Assembly: GCA_963720545.1 (NCBI GenBank)
Contig: OY970399.1
Location: 2,528,001-2,592,000 of the forward strand
Direction of reading: 5' to 3'
Length of the DNA stretch: 64,000 nt
Source: an uncultured Acidobacteriota bacterium
GTDB taxonomy: Bacteria > Acidobacteriota > Vicinamibacteria > Fen-336
Shown here: positions 55,057-64,000 of the stretch, piece by piece
How positions within the stretch are numbered: position 1 is the stretch's first letter
How the letters are laid out: each line of letters begins with the position of its first letter
Notes under the pieces: generated by a model
The model's input: only the letters and a program-made list of their open reading frames with translations
Database searches by the model: none
What the model was told of the DNA's origin: nothing
Program-made: the position numbers and the translations under genes

Positions 55057-56124
55057 TTAGAAACGCTTCAACAGGTTCGTGAGCGTCGGTGTCGTCAGCG
55101 CGGCGAAGTAGTACCGGCGGCCGCCGGCGAGTTCGAGGGCCATCGACGCTTTCTTCGTGAGCGACGCGGCTGGCACCTGCACCACGATCTTGAGATCGTT
55201 GCCCGCCGGCTTCTGCGAGAAGAGCGAAACCGGCTGGCCGGCGAGTGTGACGAGCGCGACGCGTTCGGCGGCGCCGCCATGCAAGGTGAAGCGCAGCCAC
55301 ACCGAGGTGTCGCCCTTCAGCGCGTCGTCGAGCACCAGCGGCTTCTGTCCCGGCAGACCTTCGCGGCGATTGATGGCGACCGACTTCGCCGAAAGCAAGC
55401 CTTCGAAATCCATGGCCGGTGACGACGCAGGCTGTGCTGTCGGCTGCGGCGCGGGCGGCGCTGGTCGCGGCGTGAAGAGCGACGTGGGTGTGACCGCCGG
55501 AACAGGTGCACTGAGGGAGGGCCGCGCCGGCGGGGCGGTTGCTTGCGCCACCACCGGCGCCGGAGTGGGCGACGCAGAGCGGGACGGTGTCGGCACGGGC
55601 GTTGGCACCGGCGTCGGCAACGCGTTGGGTTGCGCCAGAATGGCAGGCGTCGGCGCGTGTGTCGGCACCGGTCTTTGTGGCGCCGGCCGTACCATCGCGC
55701 GAGCGAGCGGCTCCGCGGCGGGCTCGGGCTCCGCAGTCGCAAGCACGAGCCGCAGTTCGGAAGGCGCTCCCTGTGAGCTCGTGCGCAGCGCCAGTACCAG
55801 GACGCGGCCTTCGACGCTCACGTGCATCTCGGCGGAGAGAGGGTGGCGTGTGGGCTGCACGCGGATGATGCCTTCGGGTCGCGAGCCGAGCACCGCGATG
55901 CCCAGAGGGTCGACGGCGGTGGGCGGTTTCACCACCACGCGACGCAGCGACCGCGCCACCACGATGCGTGTGGCCTGGTTCAACGGGCACTCGATGCGCA
56001 GCGGCGAAGCCGCCGTGGCGGCGCCCGCGGCAATGGTGACGACGCGCGGCGCGGCATCCGCGGGCCGAAGTGGACCGAAGCCGATCGCCAGCGAAAGGGC
56101 AGCGAAAATTCCTGAGAACCGCAT
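55057..56124 (-). CDS. secreted two-domain protein with Pro/Thr-rich linker (possible VirB9-like)
   Basis: Signal peptide; beta-rich N- and C-terminal domains separated by a PTPVPTPVPTP linker; last gene of the T4SS operon. Confidence 0.5.
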   Translation of the reverse strand: MRFSGIFAALSLAIGFGPLRPADAAPRVVTIAAGAATAASPLRIECPLNQATRIVVARSLRRVVVKPPTAVDPLGIAVLGSRPEGIIRVQPTRHPLSAEMHVSVEGRVLVLALRTSSQGAPSELRLVLATAEPEPAAEPLARAMVRPAPQRPVPTHAPTPAILAQPNALPTPVPTPVPTPSRSASPTPAPVVAQATAPPARPSLSAPVPAVTPTSLFTPRPAPPAPQPTAQPASSPAMDFEGLLSAKSVAINRREGLPGQKPLVLDDALKGDTSVWLRFTLHGGAAERVALVTLAGQPVSLFSQKPAGNDLKIVVQVPAASLTKKASMALELAGGRRYYFAALTTPTLTNLLKRF

Positions 56125-56127
56125 GCG

Positions 56128-57915
56128 CTACCCGGCGATAGTATCCGAGACGTCGACTCCCGACTCGTCGCGCTCCGCGAACCACGACTGGTCGGGGTTG
56201 GCGTAGGCGGCCTTCAGGTACAGCACGGCCGGGTCCCACACGCTTTCCCCATCGAACATCTTGACGATCGCCTGGTTGAGCTTGAGGCGGGTGAAGGCGC
56301 GCGGCGGGAACACGTGCTCGCGCTGCAGGCTGATCGAGGTGCTCTCGCCGAACGAACCGGCATCAGCAGACACGAAGCGGCCGTCGAACACCGAGTAGCT
56401 ACCCTGCGAGTTCTCGTTGCGGCTGCGGCTCAGCTTCTCGCGCTCCACCTCGCCGCACAGGTCGGCTGCTTGGCGTGCGGTGTAGTTGTCCTCGCAGCAC
56501 AGCCAGATCTTGGTGCGCAGGTTGGCGAGCAGCTGGTGGGTGACGTGCTCGTCGTGCAGCCTGGCCGTGAAGCTCTCGTAGCTCTGGGTGGCGAGGATCG
56601 AGCAGCAGCGCGCCTCGCGGCACTTGGAGAGAAAGTTGCCGTCGGCCGGTTGGGTCACGTAGCCGTCGTACTCGTCGGCCACGAAGAACACCATGCGGCC
56701 CGGATCCGCGCGCCGTTGGTCGCTGCGTGCCAGCCGTGCCAGCACGGCGTCGAAGAAGTTGAGCTTGGTCATGGTGCCGACGATCTGCGACACCGTCTTC
56801 AGCTCGCTGTACGGCACGCGCAGCGCCACGATGCGCCCTGCGGCGATCAGCTCCTCGAAGCCGGCGAAGTTCGCGGCCTCGGGCGCGGGCGCAAACACCT
56901 CGCGGATGCTGGGCACGTCGAAGAGCGAACACGCACCGTTGAGGGTCGCGGCGATCGAACTCTTCAGCTTCGGGTCGAGGCCGGCGTTCTTCTGCTTTTG
57001 CCAGAAATCGAGCGCCTGGTACTCGGCCGGGTCGCCTTGACCGTTGTGCACCCGGATCTCGGCAAGCGCCAGCCAGTCGGCGAACAGCGTCACCGACGTC
57101 GACAGGCGGTAGAGGTCGACCATGGTCGGCTCGCGGCCCTGCGCCAGGCGCACGATGCGAATCACCTGGGTCGCAAGATCCTTGGCCTCCTGGTGCCAGA
57201 ACGGATCCTGCGTCGACTTGCCCTGGATGTTCTGGATCATGTCGGCGATGTGGCCGCCGAGCGCCGGCGCCTCGAGGTCGGGACGGCCGACGATGTTGTA
57301 GCGCACCCCCGACTCGAGGCTGATCTCGTAGTAGTCGTCGCGGCGGCCAGCCTGCGCGCATTGCTCGCGCACGAAATCTGCATAGTTGCCTTTGGCGTCG
57401 ATGATGAGACCGCCGAGCTTGCGGTCCGGGTCGTTTGCGTGCAGGCGGATGAGCTGCGCGGTGTAGGGATACTGTGCCGCCGAGGTCTTCGCCGCGCCGG
57501 TGGCGCCGGTGACGAGGATGCCGGTGCACATGCCCTTCTCGGGCAGCACGCGCCAGCGCGGACGTCCGCAACGGGCGCCGTTCTTCTCGTGCTCTTCGCC
57601 GAGGACCAGCTGCACGACCGACGGATCGAACGGGTAAGGCGGGAGCGCGCTGCGCCGTCCACCGAGTCCTTGCGAGAGGCCGTGGATCGACAGCATGCGC
57701 ATGGCGGCGGTGACGAGCAACGCACCGAGCACGGGAAAGGGAAGCGCCGACGCCCAGGCGACGTAGCCCGCGGCGCGCGGTGCCGCTTCGAGCAACTGCG
57801 GATAGCCGCCGGCGGCCGCGAGCCCGGGTGCCAGCAGCGCGCTGAACGCGGCGCCGGCAAGCGCGCCGAGGAAGGCGATGCCGTGGGCGCCGCGCGCCGG
57901 CTCAGCGCCTGCCAT
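56128..57915 (-). CDS. virD4: type IV coupling protein (VirD4/TraD-like ATPase)
   Basis: N-terminal TM segments; GATGAAKT Walker A; IIDAKG; DPFW; FVADEY Walker B; ILATQS; ANLRTKI. Confidence 0.85.
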   Translation of the reverse strand: MAGAEPARGAHGIAFLGALAGAAFSALLAPGLAAAGGYPQLLEAAPRAAGYVAWASALPFPVLGALLVTAAMRMLSIHGLSQGLGGRRSALPPYPFDPSVVQLVLGEEHEKNGARCGRPRWRVLPEKGMCTGILVTGATGAAKTSAAQYPYTAQLIRLHANDPDRKLGGLIIDAKGNYADFVREQCAQAGRRDDYYEISLESGVRYNIVGRPDLEAPALGGHIADMIQNIQGKSTQDPFWHQEAKDLATQVIRIVRLAQGREPTMVDLYRLSTSVTLFADWLALAEIRVHNGQGDPAEYQALDFWQKQKNAGLDPKLKSSIAATLNGACSLFDVPSIREVFAPAPEAANFAGFEELIAAGRIVALRVPYSELKTVSQIVGTMTKLNFFDAVLARLARSDQRRADPGRMVFFVADEYDGYVTQPADGNFLSKCREARCCSILATQSYESFTARLHDEHVTHQLLANLRTKIWLCCEDNYTARQAADLCGEVEREKLSRSRNENSQGSYSVFDGRFVSADAGSFGESTSISLQREHVFPPRAFTRLKLNQAIVKMFDGESVWDPAVLYLKAAYANPDQSWFAERDESGVDVSDTIAG

Positions 57916-58153
57916 GGCTCACGCTGCGCTCGCGCAATGCCAGCTTGCGGCCGCTGCCGCGCCACAGTGCCAGCTCCGCGACCCGCCGCGTCAGCCAATA
58001 CAAGACGATGGCCCACGACGCCGCCAGGCCGGTGCAAGCACCTGGGTTCTGGCGCACGAAATCGACATAGAGCGGTCCGCCGTCGAGCATCACAACAGGC
58101 CAGGCGATGCCGACGAGCACGAGCATCAGCGGCACCACCACCAGGCGGTTCAT
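57902..58153 (-). CDS. small membrane protein in the T4SS operon
   Basis: Two hydrophobic segments; overlaps both neighbours. Confidence 0.6.
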   Translation of the reverse strand: MNRLVVVPLMLVLVGIAWPVVMLDGGPLYVDFVRQNPGACTGLAASWAIVLYWLTRRVAELALWRGSGRKLALRERSVSHGRR

Positions 58154-59274
58154 CGCACGTCCAGGTCGGCGTTCAGGCAGACGACGAATTTCTCGCCGGC
58201 GCGCGCTTCGATCACCTTGTCGGTGCGGTCCTCGCCCCAGGTGCGCTCGAAGAAGTCAAAGTCGCGGTCGACGTCGTCGGCGATCTCGCGCGCGGCGGTA
58301 CCGACGGCACCCGAAGTCTTGCGCGCGAGCCCGATGGACGCGGCTGCGCCGACGGCTCCCACCGCGCGCGCACCCCACTTCCGGTTGGTGCTCGCCTTGC
58401 GCAGCACCTTGCCCACGACACCCATGTCGCCGTCGGTGCCGAGCGCGAGGCCCTGGAGCCGCATGGTGAGTCCGTCCTGAACGAAGGCGTGGAACGCGAC
58501 CTGCACCCGGTTCGAATCGCGGGTGGCGATGGCCGAACCGACGAGGGTGGCGCCGGCGCGGATCACGACCTGTTCGCCGACGCGCACGTCATCCACGACG
58601 CGCGCCGCAACCGGCACCGGTGCGCCGCCGGTACGCACCGGATAGATCAGGGTCGCGGCGAAGCGCGTGCCGACGTTGACGACGCGCCGCGGCCCGTCCT
58701 CGGCGCGGTCGGCGGCGATCGTCAGGCTTGGGTCGTCCTGTTCGTCGAACAGCACCGCCTCGTCGCCGGCCTTGCGGGCGGGGCGCAGCCAGGCGACGGT
58801 GCCGGCAGGGCTCACGTCGGCGTCCACGACTTCGTCGGGCTGGGCGATGCCGGCAAGCGCGGAGGCCGCGCGTACCCGCGGGTTCGCTGGCGGCAGGGCA
58901 GCGCGCACCGGCGAACGGGCCGGCGCGTCGTCGGTCTTTTCTTCAGCAGCTTCCTCAGCCGCGGGCGCTGCCGGCGCCTGCGCTGGCGCCGGTGGCATGA
59001 AATCGCGGACGCCATTCGAGAGGCCCATCACCTGCACGGTGTTGGTCGCCGCGAAAGGCACGGTGGAGCGCGCGGCGCTGGCACCGCTGTTCATCACGAT
59101 TGCGGCGAGTGCCGCGGTGCCGAGGCCGGCGATCAGCTTCCACAGACGCGGCTTCGGCGCCGGCGCGCGGCCGTTGCTCTGGTCGCGCAGCGTCTTCATC
59201 GCCTCGGCGCAGCGCTGGTTCAGCACCTGCTCGTAGCGAGACGGCAGGCTCGCGGCTCTGGGTGCGGTGCTCAT
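58150..59274 (-). CDS. VirB10/TrbI-like core complex protein
   Basis: Single TM; Ala/Pro linker; GTRFAATL...ARVVDDV...VVIRAGATLVG...RVQVAF...GTDGDMGVVGKV. Confidence 0.75.
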   Translation of the reverse strand: MSTAPRAASLPSRYEQVLNQRCAEAMKTLRDQSNGRAPAPKPRLWKLIAGLGTAALAAIVMNSGASAARSTVPFAATNTVQVMGLSNGVRDFMPPAPAQAPAAPAAEEAAEEKTDDAPARSPVRAALPPANPRVRAASALAGIAQPDEVVDADVSPAGTVAWLRPARKAGDEAVLFDEQDDPSLTIAADRAEDGPRRVVNVGTRFAATLIYPVRTGGAPVPVAARVVDDVRVGEQVVIRAGATLVGSAIATRDSNRVQVAFHAFVQDGLTMRLQGLALGTDGDMGVVGKVLRKASTNRKWGARAVGAVGAAASIGLARKTSGAVGTAAREIADDVDRDFDFFERTWGEDRTDKVIEARAGEKFVVCLNADLDVR

Positions 59275-59939
59275 GGCTTCCTCTCCTCCAGTTCAGTGAC
59301 CGCAGTGGCCATGGCCTCGCCGCGCGGCTGCACGGCAGACACCACCAGGCCTTCGACGACGTCATTGCGCGACGCGCGGAACAGCTCGAGGTCGAGCTCG
59401 AACACCTGGCCTGCGGCCTCGTCGGACCCGACGATCTGGCGGCGACCCTTGACGTTGGCGCGCCACGGATAAGACTTGCGGTCGACCGCGATTTCGAGCG
59501 TCGACGGGTCGATCTGCGTGCGCCGCTTGAGCCCTTCGAGGATGGCAATTGCGCCCTGTTGGTGGCGGCTGCCGCGCATGGCGCTCTTATAGGCTTCGCC
59601 GAGTTCCGGCGTCATGCGGCGCGCGCACCAGGCCGCGTCGTTGACGGCGCTGAAGCTGTCGCCGCGCATGAAGAACACCGTGAACTCCGCGGCGAAGGCG
59701 TGGATCTCGCGCTCGTCGGGCTCGGCGTAGACCTGGTCGTTGACCCGCACCAGCTGCGGGATGCCGTCGCAGCCGATGCGCACCACCTCGCGTTCCTTGT
59801 GGGACTGCCGGTAGAGGTTGACCTGCGACATCAGATTGATGACCGCCATCACCGCGAGCGCGACGCCGTAGAGGCGTGCCCGCCGTTCGTGGCTCTGCCA
59901 GAAAGCGACCGCCGGATTGCCATTCATTTGCAACCTCAT
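59271..59939 (-). CDS. VirB8/TrbF-like bitopic protein
   Basis: One N-terminal TM followed by VVRIGCDG and an NTF2-like domain ending GLVVSAV; lies between the VirB6- and VirB10-like genes. Confidence 0.65.
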   Translation of the reverse strand: MRLQMNGNPAVAFWQSHERRARLYGVALAVMAVINLMSQVNLYRQSHKEREVVRIGCDGIPQLVRVNDQVYAEPDEREIHAFAAEFTVFFMRGDSFSAVNDAAWCARRMTPELGEAYKSAMRGSRHQQGAIAILEGLKRRTQIDPSTLEIAVDRKSYPWRANVKGRRQIVGSDEAAGQVFELDLELFRASRNDVVEGLVVSAVQPRGEAMATAVTELEERKP

Positions 59940-60883
59940 TTCATCGCCGAGCGGACGGCGCCGGACACCATCTTCGAAGCGACCACCGGAATGCTCGCCA
60001 CCGCGGAGAGGAACACGGCGTTCATGCTGAAGAGCACCAGCTGGTTATGGGTCCAGTCGCTGGCGCCGCGCAGCGGCTCGGCGGAAATCGGCGGCAGCCA
60101 GGCGTCCCACGGCAGCGCGCCGATCAGCCGCTCCACGACGCCGAGGAGCAGCGGCCAGATGCAGACCGCGACGTAGCTCTGGACGAAGCCCTTGAAGACC
60201 GGCCGGGTCTGCGGCAGCACCACGGTCCACACGACGTAAGGCGTCAGCACCCAGTAGAACGCGATCAGGAACGCGTAGGTCGCGAGCAGGATGTAGCGCA
60301 GGATGAAGATCCACAGCACGTTGGTCCCGAACAGGCTGGTCCAGAACGGTTGGCTGAACTGGAACACGCGCACCATCGCCTGTTGGCGCACCTGCGGATC
60401 CTGGATGCGATCGACCGACTCCTGGAAATCCTGCATCCAGTTCGCGTCGCGCGCGAGCCTCGGGATGAGCACCGAGAACAACGACTTCTCGCCGGTGGTC
60501 TGGTCGTAGAACATCCAGCCGGTCGTCGCCAGGTAGCGCACCGGTCCGCTTTCGAAGGTATAAGTGGTGAGGAGCCACGCGCAGACCAGCCCGCCGATAC
60601 AGCACTCCTTGGCCAGCGCCAGCCACGGCTGGCCTTGGTACGCGCGGAAGCCAAGCACCAGGCACAGCAGCACCAGCGCCGCGCCCGAGAAGGTGCGGCC
60701 CACCGCGGCGCCTTGAGCCATGAGCCCGGTGAGCGCGGGGTTGTTGGCCAGCACCGTGTTGCGCACGTCGAGCTCGGCGAAGCTTTTCAGCACCTCCTGA
60801 TCGACGCAGCCGCTGCTGCCAAGCGCCACACACAACGCGAGCAGCAGTCTACGAATGTGGCGCGTCTGCAGCGTCTTCCTCAT
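59936..60883 (-). CDS. VirB6/TrbL-like polytopic membrane protein
   Basis: About 5-6 TM segments; VLTPYVVWTVVLPQTRPVFKGFVQSYVAVCIWP; ends IPVVASKMVSG. Confidence 0.7.
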   Translation of the reverse strand: MRKTLQTRHIRRLLLALCVALGSSGCVDQEVLKSFAELDVRNTVLANNPALTGLMAQGAAVGRTFSGAALVLLCLVLGFRAYQGQPWLALAKECCIGGLVCAWLLTTYTFESGPVRYLATTGWMFYDQTTGEKSLFSVLIPRLARDANWMQDFQESVDRIQDPQVRQQAMVRVFQFSQPFWTSLFGTNVLWIFILRYILLATYAFLIAFYWVLTPYVVWTVVLPQTRPVFKGFVQSYVAVCIWPLLLGVVERLIGALPWDAWLPPISAEPLRGASDWTHNQLVLFSMNAVFLSAVASIPVVASKMVSGAVRSAMK

Positions 60884-61671
60884 CTGGCAGCGCCCGCCTT
60901 GCACGGCGCCACGGCGCAGGCGAATGCCGCGTACGCCGAGAAGCCGGCCGCGTCGGCCAGGCGGGTGTCCTGTAGTTCGCGGCCGATCTCGAGCGCCTCG
61001 ATCGCCAGGCGCTGCGACTGGATACTGGAGTTGTGCTGTGCCATGCGCCCGGATTCGGCCGCAAGCCAGGCGGCGTCGCGCAGCGCATCGCCAGGGGTGG
61101 CGCGCGCGCCGGTTGCGCTTGCCTTCTCGATCGAGGGCAGGATCGTGGCCCATTGCCCCGAGGCCTGTACGTGGCTCTTGACGATACCCTCGCTCAGCAG
61201 GCCGACGAGGCTCGTCAGCTGCTCACGGTCGAGATCGCCACGGGCGGGCGCGCCGAAGATCGCTTCCATGCCCGCGCGATCGAGGACCACGTCCTGGTCG
61301 GCGATCCGCACCCGGCGGATGAGTTCGGTGCGCGCCGACCAGGCCCAGCCCTTGTCGACGTCGAGATCGGCGAACTCGGTGGCCAGGCTGCGCACTTCCC
61401 CGAGCAGGATGCCGATGGGCCCGAGTACGCCGGGACGTGGATCCGCCTCCGGAAATGGAAACGCGACCTTCGTCAGGGTGTCGGCGATGCCTTTTTGCGC
61501 AACGCTCTGTTCGTGGAGGACGCCTTCCTCGGCAATCGTCTTGAGGAACCCGGCGAAGTTGGCGAGAGCGTTCAATACGCGCTTCAGGACCGCGCCCGGC
61601 TCGTCGGCACGCACCTCCGCGGCGAGGCCGACGACCAGAATTCCGGCCGCGATGCTGCGCGGCAGCTTCAC
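60880..61671 (-). CDS. secreted helical protein, VirB5/TrbJ-like candidate (paralog 2)
   Basis: Signal peptide; helical; aligns by eye with 61668-62381. Confidence 0.5.
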   Translation of the reverse strand: MKLPRSIAAGILVVGLAAEVRADEPGAVLKRVLNALANFAGFLKTIAEEGVLHEQSVAQKGIADTLTKVAFPFPEADPRPGVLGPIGILLGEVRSLATEFADLDVDKGWAWSARTELIRRVRIADQDVVLDRAGMEAIFGAPARGDLDREQLTSLVGLLSEGIVKSHVQASGQWATILPSIEKASATGARATPGDALRDAAWLAAESGRMAQHNSSIQSQRLAIEALEIGRELQDTRLADAAGFSAYAAFACAVAPCKAGAAR

Positions 61672-62381
61672 CTTCGGCTCCCGGCGAGCGCTGCGTATGG
61701 CGCGAAGGCCGCGGCCGCCGCGATGCGGCGACGCGACTGGATTTCCTGCTGGCGCAGGCTCAGGAGCGCCAGTTCGCTGCTGAGAGTCTCGCTCTGCTCG
61801 ATCATCACCCGCCCGATGCCGGCCATGCCGATCGCCATGTGCCGTTCCGCGAGGCCGGCGCCCTGGTCGTCGCCGCCGCGCGCGGTCTCGTGGGCGAGGT
61901 CGTCCCAGAATTCCTTCTGCTGGTGCGACTCCCTGACACGTGCGGCGACCACGTTCATGCCGAGGACGGCGCTCACGTCGAGCAGCTCGGCAACGTCGTT
62001 ACGGAAGGTGGGCGGCGCGCCGAAGAGGTTTTGCCAGGTGCTGCGGCTGAGCGGCGTGCCGGCGCCGAAGACGTCCGCGACCAGCTGCCGCGCGTCGCCG
62101 TCCAACTCGAACTGGCTCGCCGCCGCGCCCGCCTGGCCGGCCAGGCTCTCGGCGCCGCTGAAGCGCAGCTTCATTGGCTTCTTGGTCGACTCCGGGTAAA
62201 CGGCCTCGAGCTTGCGCTGGGTCGCGACGACGCTGTCCTTGATGTCCTTGAGCACGCCGGCCAGCACCTCCTGCACGCCGTTCATCGCGTTCTCGAAGTC
62301 GTCGTCGGCCGCGTACGCCGAACCCATGGCAAACATCGCCGCGGCGGCTACGTAGGTGACCGCCAGCGCCGTGCGCTTCAT
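61668..62381 (-). CDS. secreted helical protein, VirB5/TrbJ-like candidate (paralog 1)
   Basis: Signal peptide ending AYA; directly after virB4 with an ATGA overlap. Confidence 0.5.
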   Translation of the reverse strand: MKRTALAVTYVAAAAMFAMGSAYAADDDFENAMNGVQEVLAGVLKDIKDSVVATQRKLEAVYPESTKKPMKLRFSGAESLAGQAGAAASQFELDGDARQLVADVFGAGTPLSRSTWQNLFGAPPTFRNDVAELLDVSAVLGMNVVAARVRESHQQKEFWDDLAHETARGGDDQGAGLAERHMAIGMAGIGRVMIEQSETLSSELALLSLRQQEIQSRRRIAAAAAFAPYAALAGSRR

Positions 62382-64000
62382 GCAAGCTCCCTGGTCTCTG
62401 CGGCGAGGACGCGCAGGGTGGCGAGGAGGTCGAGCTCGGGGCGGCTCGCCTGAAGCGCCGCGATGCGTTCGCGGTCCTGCGGCGAGGAGGTGAAGAGCCA
62501 GCGCGACAGCGGATCGAGCGTGATGCGAACGACGTTGGAGATGTCGGCCTGGGTGAGCAGGAACTCGTGGAAGCGGTCGTTGCACGCCAGCCGGCGCACC
62601 TGCTCGGCCTGGCGGGCGCTCAACCGCAGGTGCTTTTCGATTGCGGCGACCGCTTCCTTACCAGGGCGGCCGACGAGCTTGGTGGCACAGTTGCCGAGGA
62701 TCGCCGCGCCGTAGCCGGATCGGGCGAAGTCCTCGATCTGCTGGGACAGCGCGATGGTCGACAATCCTTCCTTGCGGCCCATGCGCACCGAAGCGGCGAT
62801 GAACGGCGCGGCCATGGTGGTAAGCGCGCCGCCGGTGCCGGCATCGAGCAGCGCCCACGACTCGTCGAGCACCAGGAAGCTGCGTCCCTGCCTGCCGGAG
62901 GCGCGATGGCGGCGCGCCGCCGCGCGCCGGATCTCATAGATGACGAGCCGCAGCGCGATGAGCGCGAGGTCAGGGTGCTCGGCGAGCCGTCCGAAGTCGT
63001 AGCACACCGCGTGTACGTCGTCGCCGACGGCCAGGCGGTCGTTCGCCGCGAACATGCGCGCGAACTTGCCGTCGACGAACGAGCGCAACCGGTCGCCGAT
63101 TGCGCGGCTCGCCGGCGAGTCGCCCAGGTGGTGGCTCAGTTCGGCGAAGGTGCGGGTGCCTCCGTCGCTGCCTTCGGCATAGAGATCGAGGAGCGCGCGT
63201 TCGATGACCGCGTTCTTCTCCTCGAAGTCGCCGTCCTTCGCGGGGTCGAGCCGCAGCAGGTCGACGAGCAGCCATTGCAGGCGGCTGACGTGCTCCTCGC
63301 GGTCGTCGACCGCAGGATCGAAAGCAAGAATGTCGCAGCCGGGCGGCTCGTTGAAGCTGAACGGGATGTAGCGGCCGTCGTGCGGCCGCGCATCCATGAA
63401 GCGCTTGTAGCTCGCGCCATTGTCGATGATGAAGACGCGCGGCGCCGGGTGGCCGTGGCAGGCGGCCATCAGCTCGTAACCGGAGACGATCATCTGCACG
63501 GCGACGCTTTTGCCAGCACCCGAGGTGCCGGTGACCAGGATGTTGGCGTTCATCTGGGCGCGTGGATCGAAGGGATCGAAGAAGATCGCCGCCCGGTCGC
63601 GCGTCAGGAACGGCACGCCGCGTGTCGAGTCGCCGCTGCGGAAGTCGAACACCGGTTGCAGGTCCACCATCACCGGCGTCAGCGCCTTGCGCCGCCGTTC
63701 GAGCACCGGCGGCGCGCCGGGAGCGTGCGAAAGGAACAGCCGCCGCAGCAGGAACGTTTCGCGGTAGCCGCGCATCCCTTGGGTCGCGGCCATGGCTGCG
63801 AGCGCCTCCTGCACCGCCTCCTCGAGCGTCTCGACGGAATCCTCCATCAGCACCAGCTGCAGCGAGGTGCCGAACAGGCGCTGGGTAGACGAGAACATCT
63901 TGCGCATCGCTTCGTTGCTTTGCGCCGACACGGCGTCGGCGTGCGGGTCGGTGCGCGCGGTCTCCACCATGGCGGTGTGGCGCAGGCCCTCGGCCAGAGC
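62378..64000 (-). CDS. virB4: VirB4-family ATPase (5' part outside the window)
   Basis: FFDPF, NILVTGTSGAGKS Walker A, IIDNGASY, LVLDESW Walker B, GRKEG...LSQ; frame stays open to 64000. Confidence 0.9.
   Translation of the reverse strand, partial: ALAEGLRHTAMVETARTDPHADAVSAQSNEAMRKMFSSTQRLFGTSLQLVLMEDSVETLEEAVQEALAAMAATQGMRGYRETFLLRRLFLSHAPGAPPVLERRRKALTPVMVDLQPVFDFRSGDSTRGVPFLTRDRAAIFFDPFDPRAQMNANILVTGTSGAGKSVAVQMIVSGYELMAACHGHPAPRVFIIDNGASYKRFMDARPHDGRYIPFSFNEPPGCDILAFDPAVDDREEHVSRLQWLLVDLLRLDPAKDGDFEEKNAVIERALLDLYAEGSDGGTRTFAELSHHLGDSPASRAIGDRLRSFVDGKFARMFAANDRLAVGDDVHAVCYDFGRLAEHPDLALIALRLVIYEIRRAAARRHRASGRQGRSFLVLDESWALLDAGTGGALTTMAAPFIAASVRMGRKEGLSTIALSQQIEDFARSGYGAAILGNCATKLVGRPGKEAVAAIEKHLRLSARQAEQVRRLACNDRFHEFLLTQADISNVVRITLDPLSRWLFTSSPQDRERIAALQASRPELDLLATLRVLAAETRELA

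Noticed and set aside
55430..55720. Repetitive DNA in the Pro-rich region
   Set aside because: Explained by the PT/PA linker codons; not an independent repeat element.

Overview
High-GC bacterial chromosome segment. The gene content (Oar-type TonB receptor, long M14 peptidases, DUF4388-TPR protein) suggests Acidobacteriota/Vicinamibacteria, but this is inference. From left to right: M14 and M23 peptidases; a complete ilvD-ilvBNC-leuACDB cluster with a readable leader-peptide attenuator; a Rieske/YceI/CxxCH-porin (Cyc2-like) operon; a TetR-controlled TolC-EmrAB pump; secreted hydrolases; an AgaR-type sugar locus (TonB receptor, amidohydrolase, heavily frameshifted GH36 fusion, two PfkB kinases, AgaS, AgaR, LacD); mgtE; fabH; a peroxiredoxin with an in-frame UGA at the catalytic Cys plus a SECIS-like hairpin; a PMT-like glycosyltransferase; phhA preceded by a Tyr-rich leader peptide and terminator/antiterminator; three small genes bracketed by 76-bp structured inverted repeats; thyA; and a compact type IV secretion/conjugation-like operon running off the right edge. 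Most notable: the apparent tyrosine-sensing attenuator on phhA, the inverted-repeat element between phhA and thyA, the compact T4SS, the cytochrome-porin operon and the selenoprotein. No rRNA, tRNA or CRISPR array was recognised. All family assignments are from motif recognition by eye, not database searches.
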